The notes under the pieces are model-generated. The model saw only the letters and a list, made by a program, of their open reading frames with translations. It did not search any database and was not told the origin of the DNA. The position numbers were made by a program, and so were the translations under genes. A DNA stretch of 64,000 nt. It comes from Candidatus Borrarchaeum weybense (lineage in GTDB: Archaea > Asgardarchaeota > Sifarchaeia > Borrarchaeales > Borrarchaeaceae). The stretch covers positions 1,072,968 through 1,136,967 of the forward strand of contig JAHQJS010000004.1 of NCBI GenBank assembly GCA_019057385.1, in the 5' to 3' direction. Shown here one piece after another: positions 31,094 to 41,911 of the stretch; within the stretch, counting starts at the first letter, position 1; each line of letters starts with the position of its first letter.

Positions 31094-31141
31094 TTTAGCT
31101 GATTTAACCTCTACCGTCGATTTTTTCTTTTCCCTCTCCCC

Positions 31142-31759
31142 TTATTCCTCTGGGTCAACCATTTCAACCCAGCCCATTTGTTCCAAATCATCTACTTTTA
31201 TGATAACTTCATCTTCTGGCATGCCTATTTCTTCAGCAATATCTTCTATAGTTCTTTTGCCGTCACAAAATTTGCCAATCTTACTCAATATTTCGTCCAT
31301 TAATCCCATTTTGACTGCCATCTTTGGTATCTTCTTAATTAGCTTAGGTACTTTTATGGGAACTTCGGCTATCTCACCGTTCTTAAGCTGTCCATCCATT
31401 ATTTCACTGAAATCTTCAAAAACAGAAACATTACCCATCCATTTTGCCAATTCATCTTGATATTTCTCGTTAAAGGTTTGCACCAATATTTCTAATGAAT
31501 TCATAGCGATGTTCTTATCATCTAATTTGTCCGCAGCTGCGGCCAGCATTACTCCTTCTCTAAAAACAAGAATGACATTATATTCCTTCATATCGATGAT
31601 CCTAATAACCCCTCTGCCTGCAGTAACCTCAGTTGTAAAATCCTTTAAAGCTGTCAGAAACCCCGCTATTAAATCCTCATCGAACGTGATCTCTCCATAA
31701 CGACGTGAGAGAACACACAAACCGCTGCTTGCGATTATAAGATATATACTATGTATCAA
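31142..31759 (-). CDS. Longin-like domain plus C-terminal winged-helix protein
   Basis: IYLI..SG..V, DLIAGFLTAL..F longin pattern; CDGKRTIEDIAEE...LEQMGWV wHTH. Confidence 0.75.
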   Translation of the reverse strand: MIHSIYLIIASSGLCVLSRRYGEITFDEDLIAGFLTALKDFTTEVTAGRGVIRIIDMKEYNVILVFREGVMLAAAADKLDDKNIAMNSLEILVQTFNEKYQDELAKWMGNVSVFEDFSEIMDGQLKNGEIAEVPIKVPKLIKKIPKMAVKMGLMDEILSKIGKFCDGKRTIEDIAEEIGMPEDEVIIKVDDLEQMGWVEMVDPEE

Positions 31760-32052
31760 GGAACACCCTCATGTTTCAATGCGTTTTCTGTTTCAATTCC
31801 CCGTTATTCAAAAATCATGAAGTCTATTTCTTTTAACTACACTATATTATTCCTAAAAAATCTTGTGAAGATTTTCGACTCTTCTAATTATAAATCCAAC
31901 TTAATTAAATCATCGTTTTCTCAATTTCCTATGTGTAGAAATTAGTTTCGTATTCTAGAATGATTATAGTACTTTTTTAAAGAAGGTTATTAAGCACAAA
32001 AAATATGTTTAGGATTGCTCATAAAATAATAATGAATATGTAAAAAACTAAA

Positions 32053-33576
32053 TTGCCCGTTTTATGGGGGATTTTTGTGTCTGAAGATTTTAAGTTAGAA
32101 TTATTCGCGAGGTTGGATAAACTCCCAATGAATCAGGCTGTTGCGGAAGCTCTTCAAGTCTTAGAAAGGATACGTACCGAGGGTTCTCCAGAAGAAGCTA
32201 ACCAAGCAGCAAAACACGCTGTAGAACTTCTTTGGCTAAACTCAGAACGTATGCGAGACTCGAAATCTCTAAAAAATGCAGCGTCACAACTGGCAACAGC
32301 GTATACTATCGCCAACGAAGTTCTTGATGATAAAGAAATGGCAAAAAAATCTATTTTACAAGCGGCGGAGTACTTGATTCAGGCGGCGAATGAATATCTT
32401 ATTTGGGAAGACGTAGACAGTGGTACTGGAATGTTGACTACTGCTAGTTTGCTGAAATTTTTAGCAGATGACTATGATTTATCACTAATTGAATCAAAGA
32501 AAGGAACGATCAATTTTGGGCGAAGCATATTGGGTGCGGATCAGATGATTGGAATCCCTGAATTACTTGTTCAATCGATCAATAAAGTAGATCCGAATAT
32601 GCTTAACAAAGCAAAACAACGGTGCTTGAGTTTACTTCCGCGTGTAAAAGATGCGGCAGAATTTATGGAACTAATCAATAAATCTTTAATGCATGTAGAA
32701 CAACGACTTAGCAAATCTATTGAGTTTCCTGATATTAAGAGTATTGTCGAAATACCAAAAGATTTAGTTCTGGGACAAGAATTCATGGCAAAATTCAAAT
32801 TGAAGAATATTGGCGAAGGTAATGCTAAAGATGTTTCTTACTCGATAGATATTCCAACAGAACTTAGGGTAATTGGAACTACTAAAGATTCTGTTGCAGA
32901 AATGAAACCTGGTGATGAAGTTGAGAAAAACCTTGAATTGACACTTCCAGAAGCTGAAACTGCTACAGATCAAGAATATAAGATCCACATCTCTTTATCA
33001 TTCAAAGATATTGTGGGTAATATGCAAACGCAAACCTTAGGTCCCTTTTCAGTAGTAGCTGGGACAGTAAGTAAAGCTGAAGAAACCGAAAAAGCAATCA
33101 ACACACATAATGAAGCGCTTTCTGCACTTTCTTCACGTATAGCAGGAATTACTCTTCCAAATGTATTTCAACCTTTTATTAATGGCATGACAGACTTGGC
33201 ATCTGATATTCTCACCAAATGTAAAACTTATAGAGAAACAGAAGAATATAAGCTGATTCCGGCTTTACTCAAGGTTTTTGAGGATCTAATTTCAAAAACA
33301 AATGAGACAATGCCAGATGCTATAGCTAATTATGAATCTGAAAAACAACAATTTGATGATTTGAAAGAAACTCTTAATACTTTGGCGAAAAAAGTTGATG
33401 ATTTAGACCAATATACTAAGAAAATTCAGGATATCGCTCAATTAATAAATGAAACAGAGCTAACAGAAGAAGGACAAATACTTATCAAACGAGCAATTCA
33501 AGAGTTAAATGATGCAAGTGAGTCACTCACAGAGGCTGTCTCTCAAATTAAAGAATTAACTGAAGAAAAGAGTTAA
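32053..33576 (+). CDS. Helical-repeat + Ig-like (CARDB-type) + coiled-coil protein
   Basis: Ala-rich helical N-terminus; KLKNIGEGNAKDV...MKPGDE Ig-like module; heptad C-terminus. Confidence 0.6.
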   Translation: MPVLWGIFVSEDFKLELFARLDKLPMNQAVAEALQVLERIRTEGSPEEANQAAKHAVELLWLNSERMRDSKSLKNAASQLATAYTIANEVLDDKEMAKKSILQAAEYLIQAANEYLIWEDVDSGTGMLTTASLLKFLADDYDLSLIESKKGTINFGRSILGADQMIGIPELLVQSINKVDPNMLNKAKQRCLSLLPRVKDAAEFMELINKSLMHVEQRLSKSIEFPDIKSIVEIPKDLVLGQEFMAKFKLKNIGEGNAKDVSYSIDIPTELRVIGTTKDSVAEMKPGDEVEKNLELTLPEAETATDQEYKIHISLSFKDIVGNMQTQTLGPFSVVAGTVSKAEETEKAINTHNEALSALSSRIAGITLPNVFQPFINGMTDLASDILTKCKTYRETEEYKLIPALLKVFEDLISKTNETMPDAIANYESEKQQFDDLKETLNTLAKKVDDLDQYTKKIQDIAQLINETELTEEGQILIKRAIQELNDASESLTEAVSQIKELTEEKS

Positions 33577-33580
33577 ATGC

Positions 33581-34102
33581 TCATTCTATTTTTCTTTTTG
33601 TCATTTTCATAGCTAGATTTACTGCTTCTTCAGGAGTAGTTGCTATCTGGATTTTATCCTTAGACCATGGAAGTTGCCATTCATCACCCGTATGAAGGTC
33701 ACTAAACAAATCAGCGACGCCGCCACTTCCTTTAAGTACGATTGCTGGAATTTTATAATTCATTGCCATAGCGATCTCGCTAAGTGTACCCGTTGATCCG
33801 TTTATTGCAATAACAGCATCACTAGCTAATACAACTGTAGTATTTCGCGAATAACCTAAATCGGTCGGTATCAAGATTTCAATGTATTCATTGGCCTCTT
33901 TTTCTTCCGTTGGCAGGATTCCAACGGTTAAACCATTGTTCGTTTTAGCGCCCTTTGCTGCGTATTCCATTACAGAACCTAATCCCCCACACAAGAGGAT
34001 ACAACCCTTTTGAGCAATCAATTTACCGATTTCTTCTGCTTGGTCCTTGACATGGTCTGATATATCCCCCCCGGCTCCTATAACTCCAATTTGTATAGGC
34101 AC
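33581..34102 (-). CDS. LOG/SLOG-family protein (TIGR00725-like)
   Basis: CGGLGSVME, TVGILP, RN, GTLSEIA. Confidence 0.9.
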   Translation of the reverse strand: MPIQIGVIGAGGDISDHVKDQAEEIGKLIAQKGCILLCGGLGSVMEYAAKGAKTNNGLTVGILPTEEKEANEYIEILIPTDLGYSRNTTVVLASDAVIAINGSTGTLSEIAMAMNYKIPAIVLKGSGGVADLFSDLHTGDEWQLPWSKDKIQIATTPEEAVNLAMKMTKRKIE

Positions 34103-34375
34103 TGCTATTTCACCTCCTTCTAAACCACAACTATTTCCTTACAATTCTAGCTATACTTTTAAAATAGATCTACGCTTTTTGATATGTATGTATTAACATA
34201 ACTAATTTTTGAAGTGTAAAAAATGATGTACTCGTTAAGGATTCTCTATAATAACTAGTTATTTTTTAGTTATTTTGAATATTTCCTTGTCTTAATTAGG
34301 TTTTTCGCTGATTACAGTTTGTAATCAAATAAGAGATGAAAGGATAAAGTTTTTATACGATATGTATGGAATTAC

Positions 34376-35452
34376 ATGTCGATTAAAATGGATACACGGA
34401 AACAACTATGGATAAGTGCAATATTCATTGTCGTATTAGTCTCTGGAGTGACAGCTGGACTTCTAATAACTACCCCTCATATCTTCAATGAAGATACAGT
34501 GACAGTCACTGATTCTGATGGTAGAGTTGTACCTATACCTACTCAAGTAGATACCATCGCTTCCAACTATCCGATCTCAACATCGGCGATTTTATTTCTA
34601 GGAGGTGCTGATATGCTTATTGCGGTGGATAGTTCAACACTAAGTACTTCCTTTATGTTGAACCTCTATCCCAGTCTGAGCGATGCAACAGATATAGGAT
34701 ACCCGTGGACTGTAAATATGGAGCAAATCGTAGCACTTGATCCCGATATCTTCTTCACGGCGTGGAACTCTGAAATAGCCGATCAACTTCAGGAAAAGGG
34801 TATACCAACGGTTTGCCTGAATTTTGAAAGCCCTGAGGAATTTAACAGAGCGTTAACAATAATTGGTAATTGTTTGGGCTTACAAACAGCAGCTGCAAAT
34901 GCGGTCGACTATTATCAAACCAAGGAAAAAGACTTGGAACTGCAAACAAAGACGCTAGCAAAGAGTGCACGACCCAAAATTTTGTTTATGAGTTACGGAG
35001 CACGTAGGATGACAGTTTTCCAGGTACCTGGGAAAGGAATGTTGCAAAACGAGTTAATATCGTTGGCTGGTGGCGTGTCAGTATCCGAAGATTTGCCTGG
35101 AGGCTGGTCGGAAGTGTCGGTAGAACAAGCAGCGGTATGGAATCCAGATATCATAATAATAACCAGTTATTCTTCCGAAACAACGGCTACCGATTTAAAA
35201 AATCAGGTACTCGACGATGCTGCTTGGGATATCACTACAGCTGCCCAAAACAGTGCGGTGTATGCTTTTCCAGGAGATTGGGAATCCTGGGATGCTCCAA
35301 CCCCTAAATGGATCTTAGGACTCTATTGGCTCGCAACAGTTATTCAACCAGACATGTTTAGTGACATTAACTTCCAATCGATAGCTACGGAGTTCTACCA
35401 AGACTTCTATGGTGTTACATGGTCCACAGCCGGAGTTACTGGTGATATTTAG
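34376..35452 (+). CDS. Iron/cobalamin-type ABC transporter substrate-binding protein
   Basis: N-terminal anchor, VTDSDGR.V, NMEQIVALDPD, WNPDIII. Confidence 0.88.
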   Translation: MSIKMDTRKQLWISAIFIVVLVSGVTAGLLITTPHIFNEDTVTVTDSDGRVVPIPTQVDTIASNYPISTSAILFLGGADMLIAVDSSTLSTSFMLNLYPSLSDATDIGYPWTVNMEQIVALDPDIFFTAWNSEIADQLQEKGIPTVCLNFESPEEFNRALTIIGNCLGLQTAAANAVDYYQTKEKDLELQTKTLAKSARPKILFMSYGARRMTVFQVPGKGMLQNELISLAGGVSVSEDLPGGWSEVSVEQAAVWNPDIIIITSYSSETTATDLKNQVLDDAAWDITTAAQNSAVYAFPGDWESWDAPTPKWILGLYWLATVIQPDMFSDINFQSIATEFYQDFYGVTWSTAGVTGDI

Positions 35453-36439
35453 TTGAGCAAAAAGCTACCTATTGAGGTAAGTTTAGTAATTTTACCTCTG
35501 CTCCTTTTTTTTTTATCAATTTACCTTGGTAGATATCCGATAAATCCCTTTATTATCACTAGACCTTTGAGTTACAATGAATACGTGATTATTTTTCTCA
35601 TCAGAATGCCCAGAGTACTTATTGCGATGAGTGTAGGGGCAGCCCTATCGATATCAGGGGCTACATTACAAGGTACTGCGAGAAATCCTCTTGTGGGCCC
35701 AGAAATTTTGGGGGTTTCTTCAGGTGCCGCTTTTGGAGCAGCACTGGCTATAGTGTTCCTGGACAGTGCCGGTCCTGTGTTTATTCAAGTATCGGCGTTT
35801 TTATTTGGACTTGTAGCAGTATTCTTAGCCTATTCTATTAGTAAATCTCTTAGAGGGTATGGTTCCTCCATATTAACGATGATTTTAGCAGGTATAGCCA
35901 TTTCAGCGATGTTTTCTGCCTTAGTGGGTATACTTAAGTACATGGCAGACCCCTATGAAAAACTTCCTGCTATTGTTTTTTGGCTTTTAGGTAGTTTTGC
36001 GGCCTCAGGTTGGCAGGATGTAATCAATGTTTTGCCTATGCTTTTTATAGGAATTGTAGTGATGGTCCTACTTAGATGGCGGATAAATATCTTATCCCTA
36101 GGAGAGGAAGAGGCAAAAGCTTTGGGTCTCAACTATGAAAGAACAAGAATGATTTTGATTGCAGCGGCCTCATTAGCAACAGCGGCATCAGTCGCAATTA
36201 GTGGAATAATCTCTTGGATAGGTCTTATAGTGCCACACATGACAAGAAAATTAGTCGGTCCCAATCACAAGGTTCTCATACCTGCATCCTTATCTGTTGG
36301 TGCTATGTTTATGGTTTTATGTGACAATTTAGCGAGAACTCTCACTCCTTTTGAAATCCCTATAAGCATAGTGACTTCTTTAATCGGTGCTCCTGTTTTC
36401 TTATTCTTACTGAAGATGAGAGGTAAGCAACGATGGTAG
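35453..36439 (+). CDS. FecCD/BtuC-family ABC permease
   Basis: RMPRV, RNPLV.P.ILGVSSGA, GEEEAKALG, WIGLIVPH. Confidence 0.93.
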   Translation: MSKKLPIEVSLVILPLLLFFLSIYLGRYPINPFIITRPLSYNEYVIIFLIRMPRVLIAMSVGAALSISGATLQGTARNPLVGPEILGVSSGAAFGAALAIVFLDSAGPVFIQVSAFLFGLVAVFLAYSISKSLRGYGSSILTMILAGIAISAMFSALVGILKYMADPYEKLPAIVFWLLGSFAASGWQDVINVLPMLFIGIVVMVLLRWRINILSLGEEEAKALGLNYERTRMILIAAASLATAASVAISGIISWIGLIVPHMTRKLVGPNHKVLIPASLSVGAMFMVLCDNLARTLTPFEIPISIVTSLIGAPVFLFLLKMRGKQRW

Positions 36440-37218
36440 AGTTATCCGTTACTGATGCATCATTTTCATATGCTGCTGCTGACTTTTCTCTACGAAATAT
36501 TTCCTTTCAGATAAGTAGTGGCGAAATCTGCTGTTTACTTGGACCAAATGCATCAGGGAAAACTACTTTGATAAAATTTATTGCGCAGATTATTGGCCCT
36601 GGAAATGGACGCATTTTCTTTGATGACAGAGATTTGCTAACCTTACAACCTATTGAATTGGCTAAACTTATAGCTTATGTTCCCCAAATCCACATCGCGT
36701 CGTTTCCCTACAAAGTAATCGATATGGTATTAATGGGTAGAAATCCTTATGTCAATTTCTTCTCTGCACCAAAAAAACGCGATCTAGAGATGAGTACTAA
36801 GGCATTATCAATTCTGGGTTTGGAAGGCATACAAAACAGAATTTATACTGAACTTAGCGGTGGTCAACAGAAACTAGTCTTAATGGCTAGAGCGCTGGCA
36901 CAAGAAACCCCGTTAATGCTTTTAGATGAGCCTACAGCTCACCTTGATATCAGAAATAGTTTGCTTATACTCAATAGTATAACGAAACTTGTAAAGGAAA
37001 AAAAAATCATTGTCCTCATGGCTTTACATGACCCAAACGAAGCCTTATTGGTAGCAGATAAAGTTGTTATGATGAAGGATGGGCAGATAATCGCGGAGGG
37101 TATCCCTAAGAACGTCTTAACTCCCGAAAGCATTAAAGAAATTTATGATGTCAGAGTGGAAATTGTATCTTCATTTAATAGAAGAATAGTTGTATCCTCT
37201 CTGGATTCTTTGTTGTGA
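36433..37218 (+). CDS. Iron/cobalamin ABC transporter ATP-binding protein
   Basis: GPNASGKT, LSGGQ, LLDEPTAHLD, LHD. Confidence 0.93.
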   Translation: MVELSVTDASFSYAAADFSLRNISFQISSGEICCLLGPNASGKTTLIKFIAQIIGPGNGRIFFDDRDLLTLQPIELAKLIAYVPQIHIASFPYKVIDMVLMGRNPYVNFFSAPKKRDLEMSTKALSILGLEGIQNRIYTELSGGQQKLVLMARALAQETPLMLLDEPTAHLDIRNSLLILNSITKLVKEKKIIVLMALHDPNEALLVADKVVMMKDGQIIAEGIPKNVLTPESIKEIYDVRVEIVSSFNRRIVVSSLDSLL

Positions 37219-38171
37219 TCAAAATGGATGAAATTAATGAACTTTTAAGAAAGGTAAGAGAGTCTTGTGATTTTAAGGAGGTCTTTAGAACTAGAGGGAT
37301 AAGGATCACCAATAAATGCATTCAAAAGCCGCTCTGCTATTACTGTAACTATATGAATGAGGATATATACTTTACAAGTGTTGAAGAAGTAATTAGTAGG
37401 GCTTTAGAACTAAAGAATTCTGGTGTAGATCGGGTAACCCTAGTAAGTGGATGGCTAGGCTACAATAACAAGCTTGGTGTTCGCTATGTAAAAGCAATCA
37501 GAGACGACAGCAGATTTGATGACTTAAGATTAAGTGCCGCGTTCGGTAGGCTGTCAAAGAGTAGTTTATTGGCATTGAAGAAAGCTGGATTAGACCAATA
37601 TGGCTGTAATCTGGAAGGTGTACCAGAAATACTGGTGAAGATAAAGGGAATAAATGACTTCGAGGAAAGAATTAACACTCTTGAATGTGCTAGAGAGGTC
37701 GGTCTTGATATCTCCACAGGGTTTATAATTGGTGTAGGCGAAGATTGGAAGATGTTCGATAGGCTTTTAAGGAACATAAAAGAACTTGACCCGTGTTCCA
37801 TATTTATGTCCCCTTTTGAGCCGTATCCTAATACCCCTATGGAAAACTTTCCTCCATCTAATCTAAAAAGAGTGATTAAAGCGATCGCTAAGACGAAATT
37901 AGCATTTCCTGAAAAGATAATTGGTGTAAGAATTATCATGCAATGCAAACATCTTCCCCGCGAAATTGTAAGCCTAATGATATATGCAGGAGCAAATCTA
38001 ATAGCGCCACCTCCAGCATTTTCTGATAGAAGCGTAAAAGAATTTTTTGAAGTCCTTAAAACAAATGCTGAGAATTTAAACATCCTTTATAATAAACTAA
38101 TTAATGAAGGCGTGAATAATACGGATGTTACTGAGTTTATAGACATAGTCGGCAATCTGAATTTAGTGTAA
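37215..38171 (+). CDS. BioB/HydE/HcgA-like radical SAM protein with CX5CX2C motif
   Basis: TNKCIQKPLCYYC, CNLE, STGFIIGVGE, PYPNTP. Confidence 0.8.
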   Translation: MIKMDEINELLRKVRESCDFKEVFRTRGIRITNKCIQKPLCYYCNYMNEDIYFTSVEEVISRALELKNSGVDRVTLVSGWLGYNNKLGVRYVKAIRDDSRFDDLRLSAAFGRLSKSSLLALKKAGLDQYGCNLEGVPEILVKIKGINDFEERINTLECAREVGLDISTGFIIGVGEDWKMFDRLLRNIKELDPCSIFMSPFEPYPNTPMENFPPSNLKRVIKAIAKTKLAFPEKIIGVRIIMQCKHLPREIVSLMIYAGANLIAPPPAFSDRSVKEFFEVLKTNAENLNILYNKLINEGVNNTDVTEFIDIVGNLNLV

Positions 38172-38365
38172 TTCGTATAAATTTTCTATAACACAGTAGT
38201 GGGTAAAAAAAAAATCACATTTAACCTTTTAGATTCATATTGGCACGATTTGATTATGCCTAAGCTAAGTTCTTCTTTTTTTGTTCTTTTAGTCACCATA
38301 AAAAGATATAAAGATTGATGGTAACTTGAAGGCATACTAGGATTTAAGAATGCAAGGCGAGGACT

Positions 38366-39655
38366 ATGAAATACCAGACGCCACGAGGTACATTAGATTT
38401 TTTACCTGATAAATGTGCAGAACGAGTGTATATTGAAGAGAGATTTAGGTACACTTTTACACGCTGGGGTTATGCAGAGATAAGAACCCCGACCTTTGAA
38501 TATTTTGATGCTCTCAAACTAGGTACTGGCGATGAACTTATTAATAGTATGTTTACCTTTGAAGACAAGGGAGGACGTCTTCTAGCTTTACGTCCAGAAA
38601 ATACAAATCCTGTTTGTCGAGTAGTTGCTACAAAAATGCAGCATTACTCAAAACCAATAAAACTCTTCTATATTGGATCACAGTTCAGATATGAAGAACC
38701 CCAAAGTGGAAGACAAAGGGAGTTTTTTCAAGCAGGTGTGGAATTGTTAGGTATAAACACACCTGAGACTGATGCTGAAGTTATTGCCATTCTCATCGAG
38801 GCACTTCAAAATATTGGCTTAAAAGATGTCAGGATTAATTTGGGACATGTTGGAGTGTTTAAGTCTCTCGTACAAGAAGCTGGAATGAACCTATCGGAAG
38901 CTGCAGAATTACGAAAGAACATTGATAAGGGAAACATTGAAGCATTAGAGGATGAACTGAATAAATTATCAATTCAAAATTCGTTAAAAGAAGCATTTCG
39001 ATTGCTTCCAGAACTCAAAGGTGGAATAGAAGTAACTGACCAACTACTTGAATTAATTGACAGTCCAGATGTAGATGCCGCTATTGAAAATTTACGAGCT
39101 ATAGCAAAAGTGCTTGATGGGTACCCATATGCAGGACAGATAACAATTAACTTAGGAATTGTAAGAGGAATTGATTATTATACGTCAAGTGTCTTTGAAG
39201 CATTTGTTCCAGAAATGGGTGAATCTGCATTAGGTGGTGGCGGACGATATGATAATTTAATTGCAGAATTTGGAGGACAAGATGTTCCTGCTACCGGTTA
39301 TGCAGTTGGTATTGACCGATGCCATCTCGCTCTTGAAAAACAAAACTATGAGTTTCCAAAGCCTGAAATTAGAATACTAGTCCTCTATCTAACTCAAGAA
39401 GAAAGAAATATTGCCATCCAAACTACTATTAATTTAAGACGTGTTGGTTTTCCAGTTCTTCTAACTTTTGAAGAAAAAGGAATAGTAGCAGGATTAAAAT
39501 TAGCAGACAAACAAAATGTTCCTTTTGTAATCATTATTGGCGAAAAAGAAGTCAAGAAATCAGAAGCTACAGTGCGAGACATGACGAAAGGTTCTCAAGA
39601 GTCTGTTTCTTTTAAGAATCTTATTGAGTATTTTTTCTCCAAAATGGTCAAATAA
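38366..39655 (+). CDS. hisS: Histidine--tRNA ligase
   Basis: PRGT.D, LRPE.T, FRYEEPQSGR.REF.Q, VRGIDYY, GGGRYD; anticodon-binding domain IIIGEKE. Confidence 0.95.
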   Translation: MKYQTPRGTLDFLPDKCAERVYIEERFRYTFTRWGYAEIRTPTFEYFDALKLGTGDELINSMFTFEDKGGRLLALRPENTNPVCRVVATKMQHYSKPIKLFYIGSQFRYEEPQSGRQREFFQAGVELLGINTPETDAEVIAILIEALQNIGLKDVRINLGHVGVFKSLVQEAGMNLSEAAELRKNIDKGNIEALEDELNKLSIQNSLKEAFRLLPELKGGIEVTDQLLELIDSPDVDAAIENLRAIAKVLDGYPYAGQITINLGIVRGIDYYTSSVFEAFVPEMGESALGGGGRYDNLIAEFGGQDVPATGYAVGIDRCHLALEKQNYEFPKPEIRILVLYLTQEERNIAIQTTINLRRVGFPVLLTFEEKGIVAGLKLADKQNVPFVIIIGEKEVKKSEATVRDMTKGSQESVSFKNLIEYFFSKMVK

Positions 39656-39660
39656 GCTCT

Positions 39661-40542
39661 ATGTCACAAAATAAAGGAAAGGGTTGCTTCTTAGTGTCTC
39701 TAAAAATTACAATCTTAGGCTCAGGAGACAGTGTTGGAACTCCAAAATGGGACTGTCACTGTGAAACCTGTGAAACTGCAAGAAAGAGAGGTATTCCCTT
39801 TTCAAGAACTCGTTTTGGGATTTTGATAGAATTACTTGACACCAATAAACGAATATTGATTGACACGGGACCTGATTTAAGATCTCAACTATTAACTCAT
39901 AATATAGATAGAATTGATGCTATTTTCTTTACACATGGACATTACGACCATCAAAGCGGATTTGCCGATTTCTATCGCACACGTATCCCTGCAGTAGAAA
40001 TATTTGGAACTGAGGAAACTCTTAATTACATCCTTTCTTCGGGTGGAATCATGAAATCCATTCGATACAAAAATCAGGAAATCTTGCCTTTCCATCCCAT
40101 AGAATATGACGGATTTAAATTTACTGCATTCCCTGTCTTGCATGAAACAAGCCCTACCAAACCAGTAGGTTATGTAATTGAAAAACCAGGGCATGATATC
40201 AAATTGGTTATTACAGGGGATACAGGCTTCAATATTCCTCATAAAAGTCTTGAATTCATTTCCAATCCTAATCCAGATATCCTCATAGTGGATTGTTTTA
40301 TTGACAACCAAGAAGATACAATAAGACGGTTCAAAAAGTTTGTTTTTGATTTTGACTTTTTCAGGAGCTCCAATCACTTGATTTTTCCAGATATCCTAGA
40401 ATTTATAGAACGCGTTAAACCTAAAGAAACATATTTAATACATATGTCACACTTATGCGCTCCTCATGATCAATTAGAATCTAACTTGAAAAAATATGAG
40501 CATATTAAAGCTGCTTATGATGGACTAACGATGATTTTGTAA
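39661..40542 (+). CDS. Metallo-beta-lactamase fold hydrolase (PhnP/YycJ-like)
   Basis: CHCETC, IDTGPD, THGHYDH, GDT, HMSH. Confidence 0.9.
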   Translation: MSQNKGKGCFLVSLKITILGSGDSVGTPKWDCHCETCETARKRGIPFSRTRFGILIELLDTNKRILIDTGPDLRSQLLTHNIDRIDAIFFTHGHYDHQSGFADFYRTRIPAVEIFGTEETLNYILSSGGIMKSIRYKNQEILPFHPIEYDGFKFTAFPVLHETSPTKPVGYVIEKPGHDIKLVITGDTGFNIPHKSLEFISNPNPDILIVDCFIDNQEDTIRRFKKFVFDFDFFRSSNHLIFPDILEFIERVKPKETYLIHMSHLCAPHDQLESNLKKYEHIKAAYDGLTMIL

Positions 40543-40567
40543 TCCTAATTTTTTTTTAATAAACAAT

Positions 40568-40870
40568 TCACGATTGCAGCGTTATTATCTCATCTTTATT
40601 GAGCGGAAAATGAATTACCTGTAATTTGCCTCTACATTTAGGGCATTTTTCTATCATTGTTTTGGTATTTTTGTCAAATTGTCGTACAATCGCTACGTTA
40701 CATAAGATATCTGTGCCACAAGCAGTACAATGATAGAATATTTGATCGACGTTAGCATTTTCAAGTACTGGATTTGCCTTACATAAAAAACAAAATTTTT
40801 TCATATCGCAAATGACTTTGTTTTCACCGACGTCTATCATTGAATATAAAAGCCCCCAAAAAACAATCAA
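40568..40870 (-). CDS. Small Cys-rich zinc-finger protein
   Basis: CFLC, CTAC.., CPKC motifs; true start may be later. Confidence 0.6.
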   Translation of the reverse strand: MIVFWGLLYSMIDVGENKVICDMKKFCFLCKANPVLENANVDQIFYHCTACGTDILCNVAIVRQFDKNTKTMIEKCPKCRGKLQVIHFPLNKDEIITLQS

Positions 40871-41186
40871 TTAATATGCTGGTTTGTAGGTTGTTTTTTA
40901 ATTGCTTGAGACAGTCTTTTAATAGTATAATGGACTGGCTTCTTATATGAGTTTCATAACATTTGTGATCTTCAGTAGATACTTAGCATTTAAAATTAAT
41001 ATTTTCTTCTTATCTTTATTCTTATCGCTATAGATGATATTACTTCGCAGATTGAAGAATACTATATTATACCTTCAAAATCTGCATTTTGTTGATAAAT
41101 TTAATATATCATGCGAGATAAATATGAATTAGTTTTTATATTACTTACACAATTTATATTAACATCAAGGTCTGTGGGGGATCCAG

Positions 41187-41876
41187 ATGGAAGAAATACA
41201 CAAAATTCAAACAGGAATTTCCACTTTCGATGAGTTCTCGGGTGGTCTACCAGAAAAAGCAATTTATCTAATAACCGGAGGGCCTGGAACCGGAAAAACT
41301 ATTTTTGCGTGTATGTACGCTTATTTTGGTGCACTCAAATTTAACGAGAAAAGCATGATTATTACTACATTAGATAGTCGTGAGCATATTCTCCGTTATA
41401 TGAAAACGTTTGGTTGGGATTTTGAGAAATTAGATAATCTTATTATTAAAGATTTAAGCAAAATCCCCGCAGCAGAGGATTTTGGAAGTTCAATTCTCTT
41501 TAACAGGCTAATGGAAGCGGTCGTTGAAGCTGAGGATGAGGTCGAAAAGGTTAGTAGAATTGTACTAGACAGTGCAACCTCAGTCATTTCATTATATACC
41601 GATCCCATTAGAGCAAGAAGAGATTTAATTCAATTAACAAACCTGCTAAGACGCACAAATGCTACAACTATTATTACGAATGAAGTCATATCTACAGTTC
41701 ATCAAATGGAAGAATACCTTGTAGATGGCGTTATTAGATTATCACTTATACCAAAAGCTGATGAGTTCATACGCATGCTTCAAATTTCTAAATTACGCGG
41801 TAGCAATCATCCAATGAGACAAATTCCATATAAAATAACTGGAAAAGGTATAGAATTAAGTAGACAAACTTTGTGA
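41187..41876 (+). CDS. Single-domain KaiC-like (RAD55) ATPase
   Basis: TGI..FD, GGPGTGKT, IVLDS, DGVI.L, KLRGS.H. Confidence 0.9.
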   Translation: MEEIHKIQTGISTFDEFSGGLPEKAIYLITGGPGTGKTIFACMYAYFGALKFNEKSMIITTLDSREHILRYMKTFGWDFEKLDNLIIKDLSKIPAAEDFGSSILFNRLMEAVVEAEDEVEKVSRIVLDSATSVISLYTDPIRARRDLIQLTNLLRRTNATTIITNEVISTVHQMEEYLVDGVIRLSLIPKADEFIRMLQISKLRGSNHPMRQIPYKITGKGIELSRQTL

Positions 41877-41911
41877 GTTTCGTTCATTGCTAAGTGTAAA
41901 CTATATTCAGA

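Noticed and set aside
38366-39655. HisZ alternative for the HisRS-like gene
   Set aside because: Has the C-terminal anticodon-binding domain and full catalytic motifs
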